From the IMG/VR virus record IMGVR_UViG_3300020442_000002, positions 1-57,758 of that record: a stretch of 57,758 bases of DNA; one strand, written 5' to 3'. Below, in pieces: positions 18,727-29,800 of the stretch. The stretch comes from a virus. Lineage: Duplodnaviria; Caudoviricetes. Position numbers and translations under genes: made by a program. The notes below the pieces were generated by a model that did no database searches, had not been told where the DNA came from, and saw nothing but the letters and a program-made list of their open reading frames with translations. Within the stretch, counting starts at the first letter, position 1. Each line of letters begins with the position of its first letter.

Positions 18727-19698
18727 ATGGCCAGTACATATACCACGAATCTTGGGATAGAAAAACCAGCAACCGGAGACAGGGATGGCACATGGGGAAC
18801 CATGACCAACACCAACATGGACTTGTTGGATCAGGCCGTAAGCGGCGTGGCGCAAGTAACCTTGTCTGCTGCCGGAAGCTCTGGTTCTCCTACCGATCTT
18901 CCGATTACAAACTTTTCGGTCACTAATGGCCGTAACAAGTTTATAGAGTTTGTAGATGGCGGAGACCTTGGCGGCACTGCCTATGTTCAGCTAACCCCCA
19001 ATGACGCTGAAAAAATTGCGTACATTCGCAACAGTCTTTCAGGAAGCCGCTCAATCATTTTGTTTCAAGGCACGTATAACGCCAGTAATGACATAGAGAT
19101 CGCAAATGGCAAAGACGTAGTCGTTAAATTTAACGGTGGCGGAGCCTCTGCAACGGTAACCAATGTTTTTGCGGACCTTGCGCCAGACGCAATTACCGCG
19201 CCATTAACCGGAAACGTCACTGGGAATCTAACCGGAAATGTCACGGGAAACGTTACTGGGAATCTAACCGGAAATGTCACGGGAAACGTTACTGGGAATC
19301 TAACCGGAAATGTCACGGGAAATGTGACTTCTACCGGTGCATCTTCTTTTTCTAATGTCACGTTAAGTGGCGGCACTATCAATGACATGCAGATCGGCGC
19401 TTCCACTGCGGCGGCAGGCACGTTTACGGGCGTTACGGTTACCGGTACGGCCACATTAACCACCGTAGACATCAACGCAGGCAACATCGACGGCACCACG
19501 GTAGGGGGCACTACCCCGGGCGCGGGCACGTTTACTGCGCTAGAAACCACGGGTGATCACGTTTTAATTCAAACTTCGCAAACCCCTGCCAGCGCAAGCG
19601 CCTCCGGGACAGCGGGAGAGATTGCATGGGATGCAAATTACATCTATGTGTGCGTAGCAACAAACACGTGGAAAAGAGCGGCCATCTCTACTTGGTAA
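18727..19698 (+). CDS. Tail fibre/spike protein
   Basis: GTWG.TN.N N-terminus, GNVTGNLT repeats, C-terminal GEIAWDANYIYVC...WKR. Confidence 0.75.
   Translation: MASTYTTNLGIEKPATGDRDGTWGTMTNTNMDLLDQAVSGVAQVTLSAAGSSGSPTDLPITNFSVTNGRNKFIEFVDGGDLGGTAYVQLTPNDAEKIAYIRNSLSGSRSIILFQGTYNASNDIEIANGKDVVVKFNGGGASATVTNVFADLAPDAITAPLTGNVTGNLTGNVTGNVTGNLTGNVTGNVTGNLTGNVTGNVTSTGASSFSNVTLSGGTINDMQIGASTAAAGTFTGVTVTGTATLTTVDINAGNIDGTTVGGTTPGAGTFTALETTGDHVLIQTSQTPASASASGTAGEIAWDANYIYVCVATNTWKRAAISTW
19207..19329 (+). repeat. 12/36-bp coding tandem repeat (TGN[V/L])
   Basis: accggaaatgtcacgggaaacgttactgggaatcta repeated. Confidence 0.85.
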
Positions 19699-19704
19699 AA
19701 CAAC

Positions 19705-21588
19705 ATGCCACTGACTAAGCTCCAGTTTAGGCCCGGGATCAACAGAGAAACCACCTCGTATGCTAACGAGGGGGGCTGGTTTGATGGGGATAAGATTCGT
19801 TTTCGCTTCGGCGTACCCGAAAAAATCGGGGGCTGGGAATCGGTCACAGCAAACACTTTTTTAGGCACATGCCGTGCGCTTAAGCCTTTTGTGGCGTTGA
19901 GCGGTAGTCAGTACCTTGGCGTAGGGACCAACCTTAAATACTACATTGAATCGGGTGGGGACTATAACGACATTACTCCAATCCGAAGCACGACTTCCGC
20001 AGGAGATGTTACTTTTTCTGCTTCCAACGGGTCTTCGGTTCTGACAATAAGCGACACGGCCCACGGTGCAGTGGCAAACGATTTTGTAACTTTTTCTGGC
20101 GCAGTGAGCCTTGGCGGAAACGTAACAGCAGACGTACTAAACCAAGAGTACCAAATCGCTACTATTGTGAACGCCAATAGCTATACCGTTATTGCAAAAG
20201 ATACCAGTGGCGCTGTGGTAACCGCTAATTCCAGCGACACCGGTAACGGGGGCTCTTCTGTAGTAGGCGCATACCAAATCAACACAGGCCTAGACACTGC
20301 AATTGTCGGCACTGGCTGGGGTACGGGAACATGGGGACGTAGCACGTGGGGATCGTCGTCGGCGCTGTCTACTACTAACACTTTGCGACTGTGGTCTCAC
20401 GACAACTTTGGCGAGGACCTAATCATAAATGTCCGCGACGGGGGCATTTATTATTGGGATAAGACTTCGGGCTTGTCTGCACGAGCCGTGGCCCTAGACA
20501 CTTTGGCCGGGGCGGATAGCACAACGCCTACTATTGCCAAACAGGTACTGGTTTCTGACAGAGACCGGCACATCATCGCTTTTGGGTGTGATCCTGAAAA
20601 CAACATTGGGGTTCAAGACCCCTTGTTAATTAGATTTAGCGATCAAGAGAGCCCAACTACGTGGCAGGCGTTGCCCACTAATACTGCGGGCGACCTTAGA
20701 CTTGGTTCTGGATCAGAGATTGTTGCGGCAGTAGAAACACGCCAGCAGGTGCTGGTATTTACTGATGTTTCTTTGCACACGATGCAGTTCTTGGGGCCGC
20801 CCTTTACGTTTGGTATCAACATGGTGTCTGAGAACACCAGCATCATTTCGCCTATGGCGGCGGCTGCCCACGACGACACTGTGTTCTGGATGGGGCAGGA
20901 AGAGTTTTATATGTACACCGGTCAGGTGCAACGAATCCCCTGTTCTGTGCGCTCTTATGTTTTCGATGATTTCAACAAGGGTCAGCAAGAAAAGGTATTC
21001 GCCGCCCTGAACTCCTCTTTTAGTGAGGTTTGGTGGTTTTATCCGTCCGCGGATTCAAACGAAATTGACCGCTATGTGGTCTTTAATTTCCAAGAGCAAG
21101 CGTGGTACTACGGCACGATGTCGCGCACGGCATGGATTGACCGTAGCCCGATCAGTGATTACCCGATTGCCACCTACACGGACGGCAAGCAATATTTTCA
21201 TGAGCTTGGGTTAGATGACGGGACCACGAGCCCCGCTTCTGCCATTTCGGCATACATTCAATCTAGTCAAGTGGATTTAGGAGAAGGGGATCAGTTTGCG
21301 TTGATTAAGCGAATTATTCCGGATTTGACGTTTGAAAACTCCACAGCAGGTTCTCCTACAGCCACCTTTACGGTAAAAGTCAGGAATTTCCCCGGGGCTA
21401 ATTACGACGACGAAAATGACGCTTCCGTTAGCCGGACCGCAACCGTTCCGGTGGAGCAGTTTACCAATCAGGTGCATTTACGCCTGCGAGGGCGAAGTTT
21501 CGCCCTAAAAGTTGCCTCTGAAGAGGTTGAAACACAATGGAGGTTAGGTGCGCCAAGGCTAGACGTTAGGCCGGACGGTAGAAGATGA
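19705..21588 (+). CDS. Tail nozzle / DNA stabilisation protein (P22 gp10-like)
   Basis: 627 aa, beta-rich; IRFSDQE, EVWWFYPS; precedes the ejection proteins. Confidence 0.65.
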   Translation: MPLTKLQFRPGINRETTSYANEGGWFDGDKIRFRFGVPEKIGGWESVTANTFLGTCRALKPFVALSGSQYLGVGTNLKYYIESGGDYNDITPIRSTTSAGDVTFSASNGSSVLTISDTAHGAVANDFVTFSGAVSLGGNVTADVLNQEYQIATIVNANSYTVIAKDTSGAVVTANSSDTGNGGSSVVGAYQINTGLDTAIVGTGWGTGTWGRSTWGSSSALSTTNTLRLWSHDNFGEDLIINVRDGGIYYWDKTSGLSARAVALDTLAGADSTTPTIAKQVLVSDRDRHIIAFGCDPENNIGVQDPLLIRFSDQESPTTWQALPTNTAGDLRLGSGSEIVAAVETRQQVLVFTDVSLHTMQFLGPPFTFGINMVSENTSIISPMAAAAHDDTVFWMGQEEFYMYTGQVQRIPCSVRSYVFDDFNKGQQEKVFAALNSSFSEVWWFYPSADSNEIDRYVVFNFQEQAWYYGTMSRTAWIDRSPISDYPIATYTDGKQYFHELGLDDGTTSPASAISAYIQSSQVDLGEGDQFALIKRIIPDLTFENSTAGSPTATFTVKVRNFPGANYDDENDASVSRTATVPVEQFTNQVHLRLRGRSFALKVASEEVETQWRLGAPRLDVRPDGRR

Positions 21589-21884
21589 GTGGACGTAGGC
21601 TTGTATTACCACAGTTCCCTAACGCACCGGAGAATTACGATTCACGGTACATGACGGAAATTATCCGTTCGTTTGCCGTGTTTCTTGATTTGTTTAACAA
21701 CCCCGGTGATGCACGGCACACGGCCCTAACCCTTACGAACTTGCAGGAAAACGATTACAACCTTGAAACAGGGGCCGTTTTTCAGCAAGACGGGAATTTA
21801 AAAATAGTGATCGCGTATAAGCCTCATCCTGCTGGGGTCTCTGGCACAAGTGGTGTTGGATCGGTCACAGTATCAACCCCATAG
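21585..21884 (+). CDS. Hypothetical tail-module protein
   Basis: 99 aa, translationally coupled. Confidence 0.7.
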   Translation: MSGRRLVLPQFPNAPENYDSRYMTEIIRSFAVFLDLFNNPGDARHTALTLTNLQENDYNLETGAVFQQDGNLKIVIAYKPHPAGVSGTSGVGSVTVSTP

Positions 21885-21938
21885 ATAGCTTGAAAACAGG
21901 GGGTTTGATACAATAATGCATTACTATGGGATAGCTAC

Positions 21939-23507
21939 ATGAACGCAGCAGTCGCACAAAAACCCTATGAGGTCCCTAATGGGGGCCTAGCGTCGTTTTT
22001 GACCGCCACAACTGGGGATTGGTCGGACGAAGCATTAAACGGCCTTGATTACGAGATTATTCGCCCCACTGCCGATCAACTGGCGGAGTTTGGGCGAGAG
22101 GGCGATAACCGAATTGCACACGTAGCGGACGGTGAAACCGTCATCCCTATGGAAGTTTTTCAGGAAGACCCCGCGCTAAAAGAGGCGTTGTTTGACCGTA
22201 TGCGAGAAATGGGCATTGACCCTGAACGCTATGTGGTCGGCAACCAGCTAAACAGCATCAACCCGGTTACGGGTCAGCCCGAGTTCTTCCTGAAAAAGCT
22301 TTTTAAGGGCGTTAAAAAGGCCGTTAAGGGCGTCGTTAAGGTCTTCAAGAAGATCGCGCCGATTGTTCTTTCTGTTGGCCTGAACTTCCTGTTTCCGGGC
22401 CTTGGGGCCATTGCGGCGGGTGCGCTAGGTAGCGGCATCGGCACCTTGGTTCAAGGCGGAAACCTTAAAGACGCCTTCAAGGCCGCGCTGATTGGTGGTG
22501 CCGTGGGCGGTATTTCGTCCGGTATTGGTAGCGTCATGAAGGGCGGCGACTTTATGTCGGGCGTCAAAGGCGCTCTACCGGGCGGCGCTCCGGGCGCTCC
22601 TGTTCCAATTGAGAAAGGCGTACCCGATTTTGTTGCCCCAGAAGCGGCAGGGGCTGAAGTTATGCCTCCTCAAAACGTTGCGGAAGCGGCGGTTCAAGAG
22701 AGTATGCAGGCCGCAGGCGGCGTTCCAGACATGTCGGGTCCAACAAACTTAAATATGGCGGGCCCAACAAACCTAGATATGTCGCCCATTCCCGGAGCAA
22801 AACAAGCTCAACTTGCGCAACAAGCTAAAACTGCGGCGGGTGCGGAAGAGGCTCTTGCATCGGGGGCAGATGCCGCCTCTACATCGGGTGCCGATGCCGC
22901 CGCAGCAGAAGTCGCAGATAAAAGCTTTGTTAGCAAAGCATTTGATTTTATTAAAGGCGCATCCGACCCAACAAACGCAGAAATATTTGCAAGTGCAGAA
23001 TACAAAGAACTTATTGCCAACGGGTTTAGCCCCGCGGAAGCATTTGCGCAGGCTCAAAAAACGCTTGCCCCCGGACTGCTGGCAAAATACGGCCCAATGG
23101 CGGCGGTGGGACTTGGGGCAATGGGCTTGGCCGGTGGATTTAAAGCCCAAGACCCAGTACAGCCCTACGACGCCTTTGGCGGCATGACCGGATTTGATCT
23201 ATTGCGAATGTACCCCGATCGTTACGCCATCTCTCAACCCGGATCTAATTACGCGCAAGTGATGGGCTTGGCTCCCGGAGGTGCGGCAAATGGCGGCGAC
23301 ATTAGCTCTTTCCCTCGCCGTAACGGCGCGATTCGGGGCCCCGGGACAGAGACCTCTGACGATATCCCCGCGATGTTGTCCGATGGTGAGTTTGTAATGA
23401 CCGCACGAGCAGTTCGTGGCGCTGGTAACGGTAGCCGTCAAGAGGGAATGCAAAAAATGTATGACATGATGAGAACTTTTGAGGGGAGGGCTCCTCGTGG
23501 CAACTGA
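21939..23507 (+). CDS. Internal virion (ejection) protein
   Basis: INPVTGQPEF, Gly-rich hydrophobic segment, C-terminal GPGTETSDDIPAMLSDGEFV domain. Confidence 0.7.
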   Translation: MNAAVAQKPYEVPNGGLASFLTATTGDWSDEALNGLDYEIIRPTADQLAEFGREGDNRIAHVADGETVIPMEVFQEDPALKEALFDRMREMGIDPERYVVGNQLNSINPVTGQPEFFLKKLFKGVKKAVKGVVKVFKKIAPIVLSVGLNFLFPGLGAIAAGALGSGIGTLVQGGNLKDAFKAALIGGAVGGISSGIGSVMKGGDFMSGVKGALPGGAPGAPVPIEKGVPDFVAPEAAGAEVMPPQNVAEAAVQESMQAAGGVPDMSGPTNLNMAGPTNLDMSPIPGAKQAQLAQQAKTAAGAEEALASGADAASTSGADAAAAEVADKSFVSKAFDFIKGASDPTNAEIFASAEYKELIANGFSPAEAFAQAQKTLAPGLLAKYGPMAAVGLGAMGLAGGFKAQDPVQPYDAFGGMTGFDLLRMYPDRYAISQPGSNYAQVMGLAPGGAANGGDISSFPRRNGAIRGPGTETSDDIPAMLSDGEFVMTARAVRGAGNGSRQEGMQKMYDMMRTFEGRAPRGN

Positions 23508-24915
23508 AACCACAACTCAGATTATTCGCGAAGATCCCGCGATTGAGGCGTATCGCCTTGGGTTACTGGAAAGCGTAAGGCAATTTATTGATCAGAACTT
23601 AGCTTCTGCTCCGCCCCCTCCGGTATTGCCGCCAAGTTATCAAGTTGCGGGGCTCACGGATCTTCAACAAGAAGCGTCTATGTTGGCGCAAGAGGGCGTT
23701 GGCGCGTATCTTCCTTACCTTCAACACGGAACCGCCCTTCGCCAATCCGGCCAGAGTTATTTAGAGGATTATGGCTTTGGCGGCCTTAGCGAGGCGCTTG
23801 GCGCAACTCGTGAGGGGCAAGAAATGCTGTCTCAGGCCGCGGGACGGGCCAACGAATACCGCAATCGGCCCTACACTTATCAAACTGGGGCAAGGGATCT
23901 TTTGCAAGGTGCCATGGGCACCGGGCAACAGGCGCTGGGGGCGGGCCGGACGGACATTGAAAACGCCCTAACCCGAGGCATGGGCGGCGCACAGACGGCT
24001 CAATCAATGCTGTCGGGCACGGGCGCACAATTCCAGCCCACACAAATTCAAGCCTTTATGAGCCCTTACGAAGATGAGGTCGTTCAGCAAACACTGGCGG
24101 ACATTCGTCGCGAGGGGGACATCCGAGAGCAGGGGCTACAAGCCCAAGCCGCCGCAACAGGCGCGTTCGGTGGTTCTCGACAGGCCGTAGCGGAGCAAGA
24201 GTTGGCTAGAAACGTGGCTGATCAGCAAGCTAAGGTTGCCGGGCAACTGCGCATGGGCGGATATACTCAAGCCGGACAGCAAGCACAAGAAGCCTTTGAG
24301 CGGGCCAAGCAACGAGAGCAAGCCGCCGCAAGCCAGTTTGGTCAATTAGGTTTACAAGGCGGTCAACTTGGTCTTCAGGGTGCGCAAACAGGCGCACAGC
24401 TTGGGATGCAACAGGCAGGCATGGAAGCGGACATTGGCCAAGCCATGGGCGGCCTTGGGATGCAGTACGGTCAGCTTGAGCAGGCTAACCTCCAGCAGAT
24501 GATGGACATGGCGCAAGCTTCTGGCCAGCTTGGGCAACAGCTTGGCGGTCTGGCGAACATCGGTGGTGCGCTTGGCCAGCAAATGAGTCAGATGGGTGTG
24601 CAAGAGGCGGGTATCGGTCAGCTTGTTCAGCAAATGCTGGGTCAGGACGTTAAAGGGCTAGAAGCATTTGGTGCTAGGGATCAAGCTCTTCAGCAGGCTA
24701 TTTTGGACGCCCAGAGAATGAGCAACATGCAACTTTATCAACAGCCTTATCAGCAATACAGCTTCTTGAGTGACATCTACAAAGGTGTTCCGGGATCACA
24801 GCAATCTGTATCGGTTAGTTCAACCCAAGATCCGTCGCCCTTCCAACAAGTGGCGGGTTTAGGTATCGCCGGACTTAGCGCACTGGGTGGCGCTAAGTCC
24901 GCCTTTGGCTTTTAA
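23497..24915 (+). CDS. Internal virion (ejection) protein, Q/G-rich
   Basis: GTG start after GGAGG; FMSPY, GAFGGSR motifs; C-terminal hydrophobic Gly-rich tail. Confidence 0.7.
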   Translation: MATETTTQIIREDPAIEAYRLGLLESVRQFIDQNLASAPPPPVLPPSYQVAGLTDLQQEASMLAQEGVGAYLPYLQHGTALRQSGQSYLEDYGFGGLSEALGATREGQEMLSQAAGRANEYRNRPYTYQTGARDLLQGAMGTGQQALGAGRTDIENALTRGMGGAQTAQSMLSGTGAQFQPTQIQAFMSPYEDEVVQQTLADIRREGDIREQGLQAQAAATGAFGGSRQAVAEQELARNVADQQAKVAGQLRMGGYTQAGQQAQEAFERAKQREQAAASQFGQLGLQGGQLGLQGAQTGAQLGMQQAGMEADIGQAMGGLGMQYGQLEQANLQQMMDMAQASGQLGQQLGGLANIGGALGQQMSQMGVQEAGIGQLVQQMLGQDVKGLEAFGARDQALQQAILDAQRMSNMQLYQQPYQQYSFLSDIYKGVPGSQQSVSVSSTQDPSPFQQVAGLGIAGLSALGGAKSAFGF

Positions 24916-24926
24916 GGATTATTTTA

Positions 24927-26852
24927 ATGACTATATTGAATAGACCCATGTTCTTGCAGGCCGGTGGCGAAACAAGCCCCGAGGCCGCAATGTTGCAGGA
25001 AGCAGAAGCCGGGGCCATGGCTCAAGGCCAACAGCTAGGCGAACAATACGCCCAACAAATGATGCAGGGTATTGATCAGGCTCAATCCACCGAGGATCTG
25101 ATCAATGCGTTGCGCGGTAACGAGAAGCCTTTGGACGCTCGCAGAAGCGAGCTTGCTGGGTTTGTCGGCCAGAATGACGCAAACGAGACACCAGAGTCCG
25201 TTCTCGCGATGGTCCAGCCTGTCATTATGATGACGGAAGAGGGCGTAATGGACAGTGGGATCGGGGGTCTGGTTCAGCAGATCGTGGGTGACGTAGAAAT
25301 GACTACGGACAGCGGCGCTCCTACTGATATGGGAATGGGCGTGGGTAGTCTGATGGCCGCAGGAGCGCAGGAGGCTCCCACCCCACAAAATTTTAGACAA
25401 GGCGGTGAGGTAGCCCATCTTTTTGGAGGCAGTGGTCCACTGACCACGGCCCCCGCCGCCATGTCTATGTCCCCCATGGAAATCGTTACAGGGCCCACGG
25501 ACCTCGCTTCAGAAAACATGATGAGTTTTGGCGACACCGTTAAAGGCTACTACGACGAGATGCTTCCCTTGTATAAAGAAATACTGGGGCAAGATGATGC
25601 GTCCCGAGAAGCCACCAAGTCGCAAATGTTGTTTGACATTGCGCAGGGCGGCTTGGCTTTAGCCGCAGGCGTACCCGGAGCGGGCAGTTCGTTTGCTTCA
25701 CAGCTAGCGGGTGCCGCGGCACCTGTTGCGGCGAAGGTTCAAGAGCGCGGCGCGGCGCTCCGAGATCGCGAAGACCGACTGAAGGCGGGCGCGTTGGAAA
25801 CAGCGCTAGGCCGAGCGGCAAAAGACGCGGAGTATGAGCAGATGATGGACTTGGCAGAAGCCAAGGCGGGACGAACCAAGCCAGAACTACGCATCATCAC
25901 GGACCTCGGGACCGGCAAAAAAGTCTTTGTGGACATCAATACCCCAAAAGGCGCGGCGGCGGTACAGCAGGCCGGAGAGGCAAATGCCGCAGCCCCCGAA
26001 GGGAATTTGTTTTCTGTCAACACGGTTAGCTCTGACTCTCAGCGAGGCGCAAAAGCCTTCATGATTGACGGTGTTCCGCGCCTTAGCTTGGAGCCCGGAA
26101 TGTATCTTGATACGGAAGGCATGAACCAAAAACTGCCGCCGAATGCGATACCGTTGCCTGACGAAAGAGCTTACGACATCATCTCCACACAAGCACGGCG
26201 CGATGCCGCGGCAGAGCAGTTGCGCACCGCTTTGGGCGGAGAAGGGTCAACGGACGCCATCATAGCCGCAACAGTAAAAGGTGGAGATCGGGGCGCTCCG
26301 ACAGCACTGACCGAAGATGATAAAACCGCTTTGACGCAATTGCTTGTAGAAGCTCCAGACCCCACGAATCCTGTAACCGCGGCTCAAGAAGGAACGGGCC
26401 TTGCTGCTCGCTTTGGCGCGGCGCTTGATGATATCTATGGCGGTGCAACTGGGACGGACATTTTCCAAGACCTTCAGTCTAATAGGCAGTATTTAAAGGG
26501 AATTAGGGTTCTTGGTCGTTCTGCCTTGGTGGTAAACCCACGGTTCCCAGTTGCTGAAATGGAAAACGTGGCGGAGTTGTTCCCAGACCCAGATAGCTGG
26601 TGGGTAAACCCGACTACGCAAGCCAACAAGCTGATTGAAATGAAGCGATTAGCGCAGCAAGTATTGCTTCAAAATCTGGAATACATTTCAAACTCGGCCC
26701 CATCTGAGATGATTGCGGACATTGAAGCAAACAACCGAGAGCTTGAGCGCCTTCTGAGCATATTAAAGCGTGTTCCAGATACCTATGATACTAATGAGCG
26801 ACAAACTGAAGTCACAACTGCGCTTAGGAATGCTTTAAAAAACAAGAGGTAA
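24927..26852 (+). CDS. Internal virion protein
   Basis: 641 aa helical; LNRPMF start; xxGG motifs. Confidence 0.65.
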   Translation: MTILNRPMFLQAGGETSPEAAMLQEAEAGAMAQGQQLGEQYAQQMMQGIDQAQSTEDLINALRGNEKPLDARRSELAGFVGQNDANETPESVLAMVQPVIMMTEEGVMDSGIGGLVQQIVGDVEMTTDSGAPTDMGMGVGSLMAAGAQEAPTPQNFRQGGEVAHLFGGSGPLTTAPAAMSMSPMEIVTGPTDLASENMMSFGDTVKGYYDEMLPLYKEILGQDDASREATKSQMLFDIAQGGLALAAGVPGAGSSFASQLAGAAAPVAAKVQERGAALRDREDRLKAGALETALGRAAKDAEYEQMMDLAEAKAGRTKPELRIITDLGTGKKVFVDINTPKGAAAVQQAGEANAAAPEGNLFSVNTVSSDSQRGAKAFMIDGVPRLSLEPGMYLDTEGMNQKLPPNAIPLPDERAYDIISTQARRDAAAEQLRTALGGEGSTDAIIAATVKGGDRGAPTALTEDDKTALTQLLVEAPDPTNPVTAAQEGTGLAARFGAALDDIYGGATGTDIFQDLQSNRQYLKGIRVLGRSALVVNPRFPVAEMENVAELFPDPDSWWVNPTTQANKLIEMKRLAQQVLLQNLEYISNSAPSEMIADIEANNRELERLLSILKRVPDTYDTNERQTEVTTALRNALKNKR

Positions 26853-26856
26853 TAAA

Positions 26857-29800
26857 GTGGCCGAAGAAACGGGCTTTCAGATAGAGCCTTTGGTCTTTTC
26901 CAAAGACGAACTAGATGCTTATTTTGATCAAATGCGTGAGGCGGGGATTGATTCCCCGTCAAACGTTTTTGCCAAGGAAATAGCGGACCTTATTTCGTCT
27001 GAAAACCCGGAGTTAGTCACTTATGACGGGCTCCGGGCCGGTACTGCCCCCCTCTTTGATATGATCCCTGAGTTAAAGGACATTGCGCCACAAGATCGTC
27101 GCATTGACGATGTGGGAATCATGGAAACCTTTTTGGTTAACCCAGACGGTCAGCCCATGCGGCGGGGAGACTTTTGGAAAGGATTCCGCGGCGAGATTGT
27201 CCCTCAAGGGGGCAGCTTTGCTGGAGCAGTGTATGGAGCAAAAGCTGGCGCGGCTTTAGCCGCCCCAATTCCGCCCGTAAGCCCTCCCACGGTGGCCGCC
27301 AAAGCGGTCATTCCGTTCGCAACCACTATACTGGGTGCTGTGTTGGGGCAAGAAGGTGTTCGCAAAGTTCAAGAAATGATCACCGGAGAGCCTGACCTAA
27401 TTGTCCCGGGAACCACTCCTGAAGAGGAAGCAGGCAAAACAGCGGCCACCGTTGCAGGGTTTCTAGCCACCCCTTGGGCGATCTCTAAAAACATCGACCT
27501 TGGTGCGGCAACGTACCTTAACAATGTCCGCAGTATGGTCGGCCCTAGAACACAAGCTGAAATGGCTTCCAAGGTAGGGCAAGAGCGGTCTATGCGCTTT
27601 ATTGCGGGCATTGAAAGATTGCTTAAAGGTCAGGCCGAGGCGGCACAAAGCAGCCGAGCCGGAGCAATTGTTGCCGGATTAGGCGAAGTAGGCGCGGGAG
27701 TGGGCCAAACGGGAGCGGCATACCTTGCCGAAACGGTTGACCCCGATGATATGGCCACCCGTATTGGGCTAGAAACAATAGGCGCTATTGGCGGAGGAAC
27801 TACCGGACAACTTCTTGGCCCGATTGCTAACGCTTTAGGAGACATCAAATCTTCTTTGACCAATGTCGCAAAAAAAATCGATGAAGAAGGTCTACCTAGC
27901 TTATTTCCAAGCGGCGACAAGGCTAAAGAAAGAAGGTTAGAAGAGGCCACGGACAAAATCCGTGAATTAATAGAGGCCGCCCCAGAGGAAGATCTGGAGC
28001 AAGTAATTCGGCGGCTAGCGGAGCTAGATCCGAATTTAGAAGGCATTGAATTAACGGCAGGAGCCAAGACGGGCAGTCCAGTGTTGTTGGCCGTCGAAGA
28101 GGCCCTTAATTCAATGGTTCCTAGTGTAGGAGCGCAACGAGACCAAGCTACCGATCAGGCTATTGATGCCTTACGGAACTCACTTGTTCTAGCTATGCGC
28201 TCGGGTAGCCGTGAAGCGTTACGCGACAGCGCAGAATTGCTGAATACCACGTTCCAGACGGCACTGGCTAATCGTTTGTCCGACAGAACAGAAGCTGTAG
28301 TAGAGGCCTTCAACCGCGTTGGTACTGAACGATCAAATCAAGAGCTTTCGCAAGCCCTTTTTGACACGGTTGATCAGCAGTTAGATTTAGCGCGAGGACG
28401 GGAGCGAGAGCTATGGAATGCCGTAGAAAGTTACGACATTGACCTTGCCCCCGGAGAAGTGCCATCTGTAATCGAATCTTGGCAAGGAAATTTGCCAAGC
28501 ACACCCGAAGCGGCACAGCCCATTGAAAGTGCGCTCGCGCCGCTGACCCGATTTATAAAGCGTAAGGTAGATGAGTTAGGGTTGGGCGAAGCTGCCGAGG
28601 GCGAAGCATTATCTCCGTCTCTTCAACAGGCTTTAGATGGTATAGAGCCCGGTTCTCTGACTTCTACAGAACTAATCGACATGCGGTCTACTGCGCTGTC
28701 TTTGGCGAGAAAATTAAGCTCCGATGGGGATTTTACCGCGGCCCGCATTGCAGGCGATTTTGCAGGCGCGGCTTTGGCAGACCTTGAAAAAATTGCCGAT
28801 CCTACCGTAACCGCAGCATATCAGGGCGCAAGAGAGTACAGCCGAGCGCTTAATGATGTCTTTACACGGGGATTAGCCGGTGATCTTTTAGCCACCAGCA
28901 AAACGGGCGCACAGCGCAAGCCCCCAGAGCTTTTGGCGCAAGAGTTACTTAGGGGCGGCTCCGACCCGGTTCAGCTTCGATTCAATCAGATTCAAGAGAT
29001 TGGACGCTTTGGCCTCGACAATGAGTTTGCTGGCGCGGCGGAAACGGTTCAAGACTTAAACACCGTTTACGAAGCAATTCTTCGTAGCGCTCGCCAATCT
29101 GCGCTCATACCGGGAAAGCCTATTGAAGAGGGTGGCAAAATTAATGTCGCCGCACTGAACCGGTGGATGGAACAAAACGCTGATTTGCTAGATCAGTTCC
29201 CGGCTTTGCGGAGTGATTTGAGCAACCTTAATACGGCGCAAACGCTTCTTACGCGAACCGAAGTTTATAACCGCAAAAAAGCGCAAGAGATCAAGAACAC
29301 GATCAACTTTCAAAACCTACTGGGCAAAAATGCAGACAGTCCCGCCTTTGTGGTGGCTCGTGCGTTGTCTAGTGGAAATGCCAAGCCGTTAACCTCTCTA
29401 AACAACCTTGCTCGGGTAGCGAACAACGCCCCCGCAGATATTCGCGAGAGTGCGCAAGCTGGCCTTCGTTCCGCTGTCATGCAATGGGCTATGGAAAGTG
29501 CCGGAGTGAGCGGGGCAAAGTTTGACCCGGAAGTTATGAACCTAAAATTATTCGGGCCGATCCCAAAGTCAGACTCTGGCGTGTCCGTTATGGATTGGAT
29601 GAAAAAATCGGGCTTGATTAGCGCAGAAGAAGCGCAAAGAACTCAGCAAATTTTGGTTCAAATGACTCGGTATAAGCGGGCCGCAAACTCCGGTGCATTA
29701 GACGCAATAGCAGAAGAAAGTGGTCCGTTGTTCGACCTATTCTTACGTATTGCTGGTGCAAAAATAGGTACATTAGGTTCTGAAGCTTTAGGCGGCGGCA

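Noticed and set aside
14724-19698. Diversity-generating retroelement acting on the fibres
   Set aside because: No reverse transcriptase and no template/variable repeat pair were seen; the repeats are simple coding tandem repeats.
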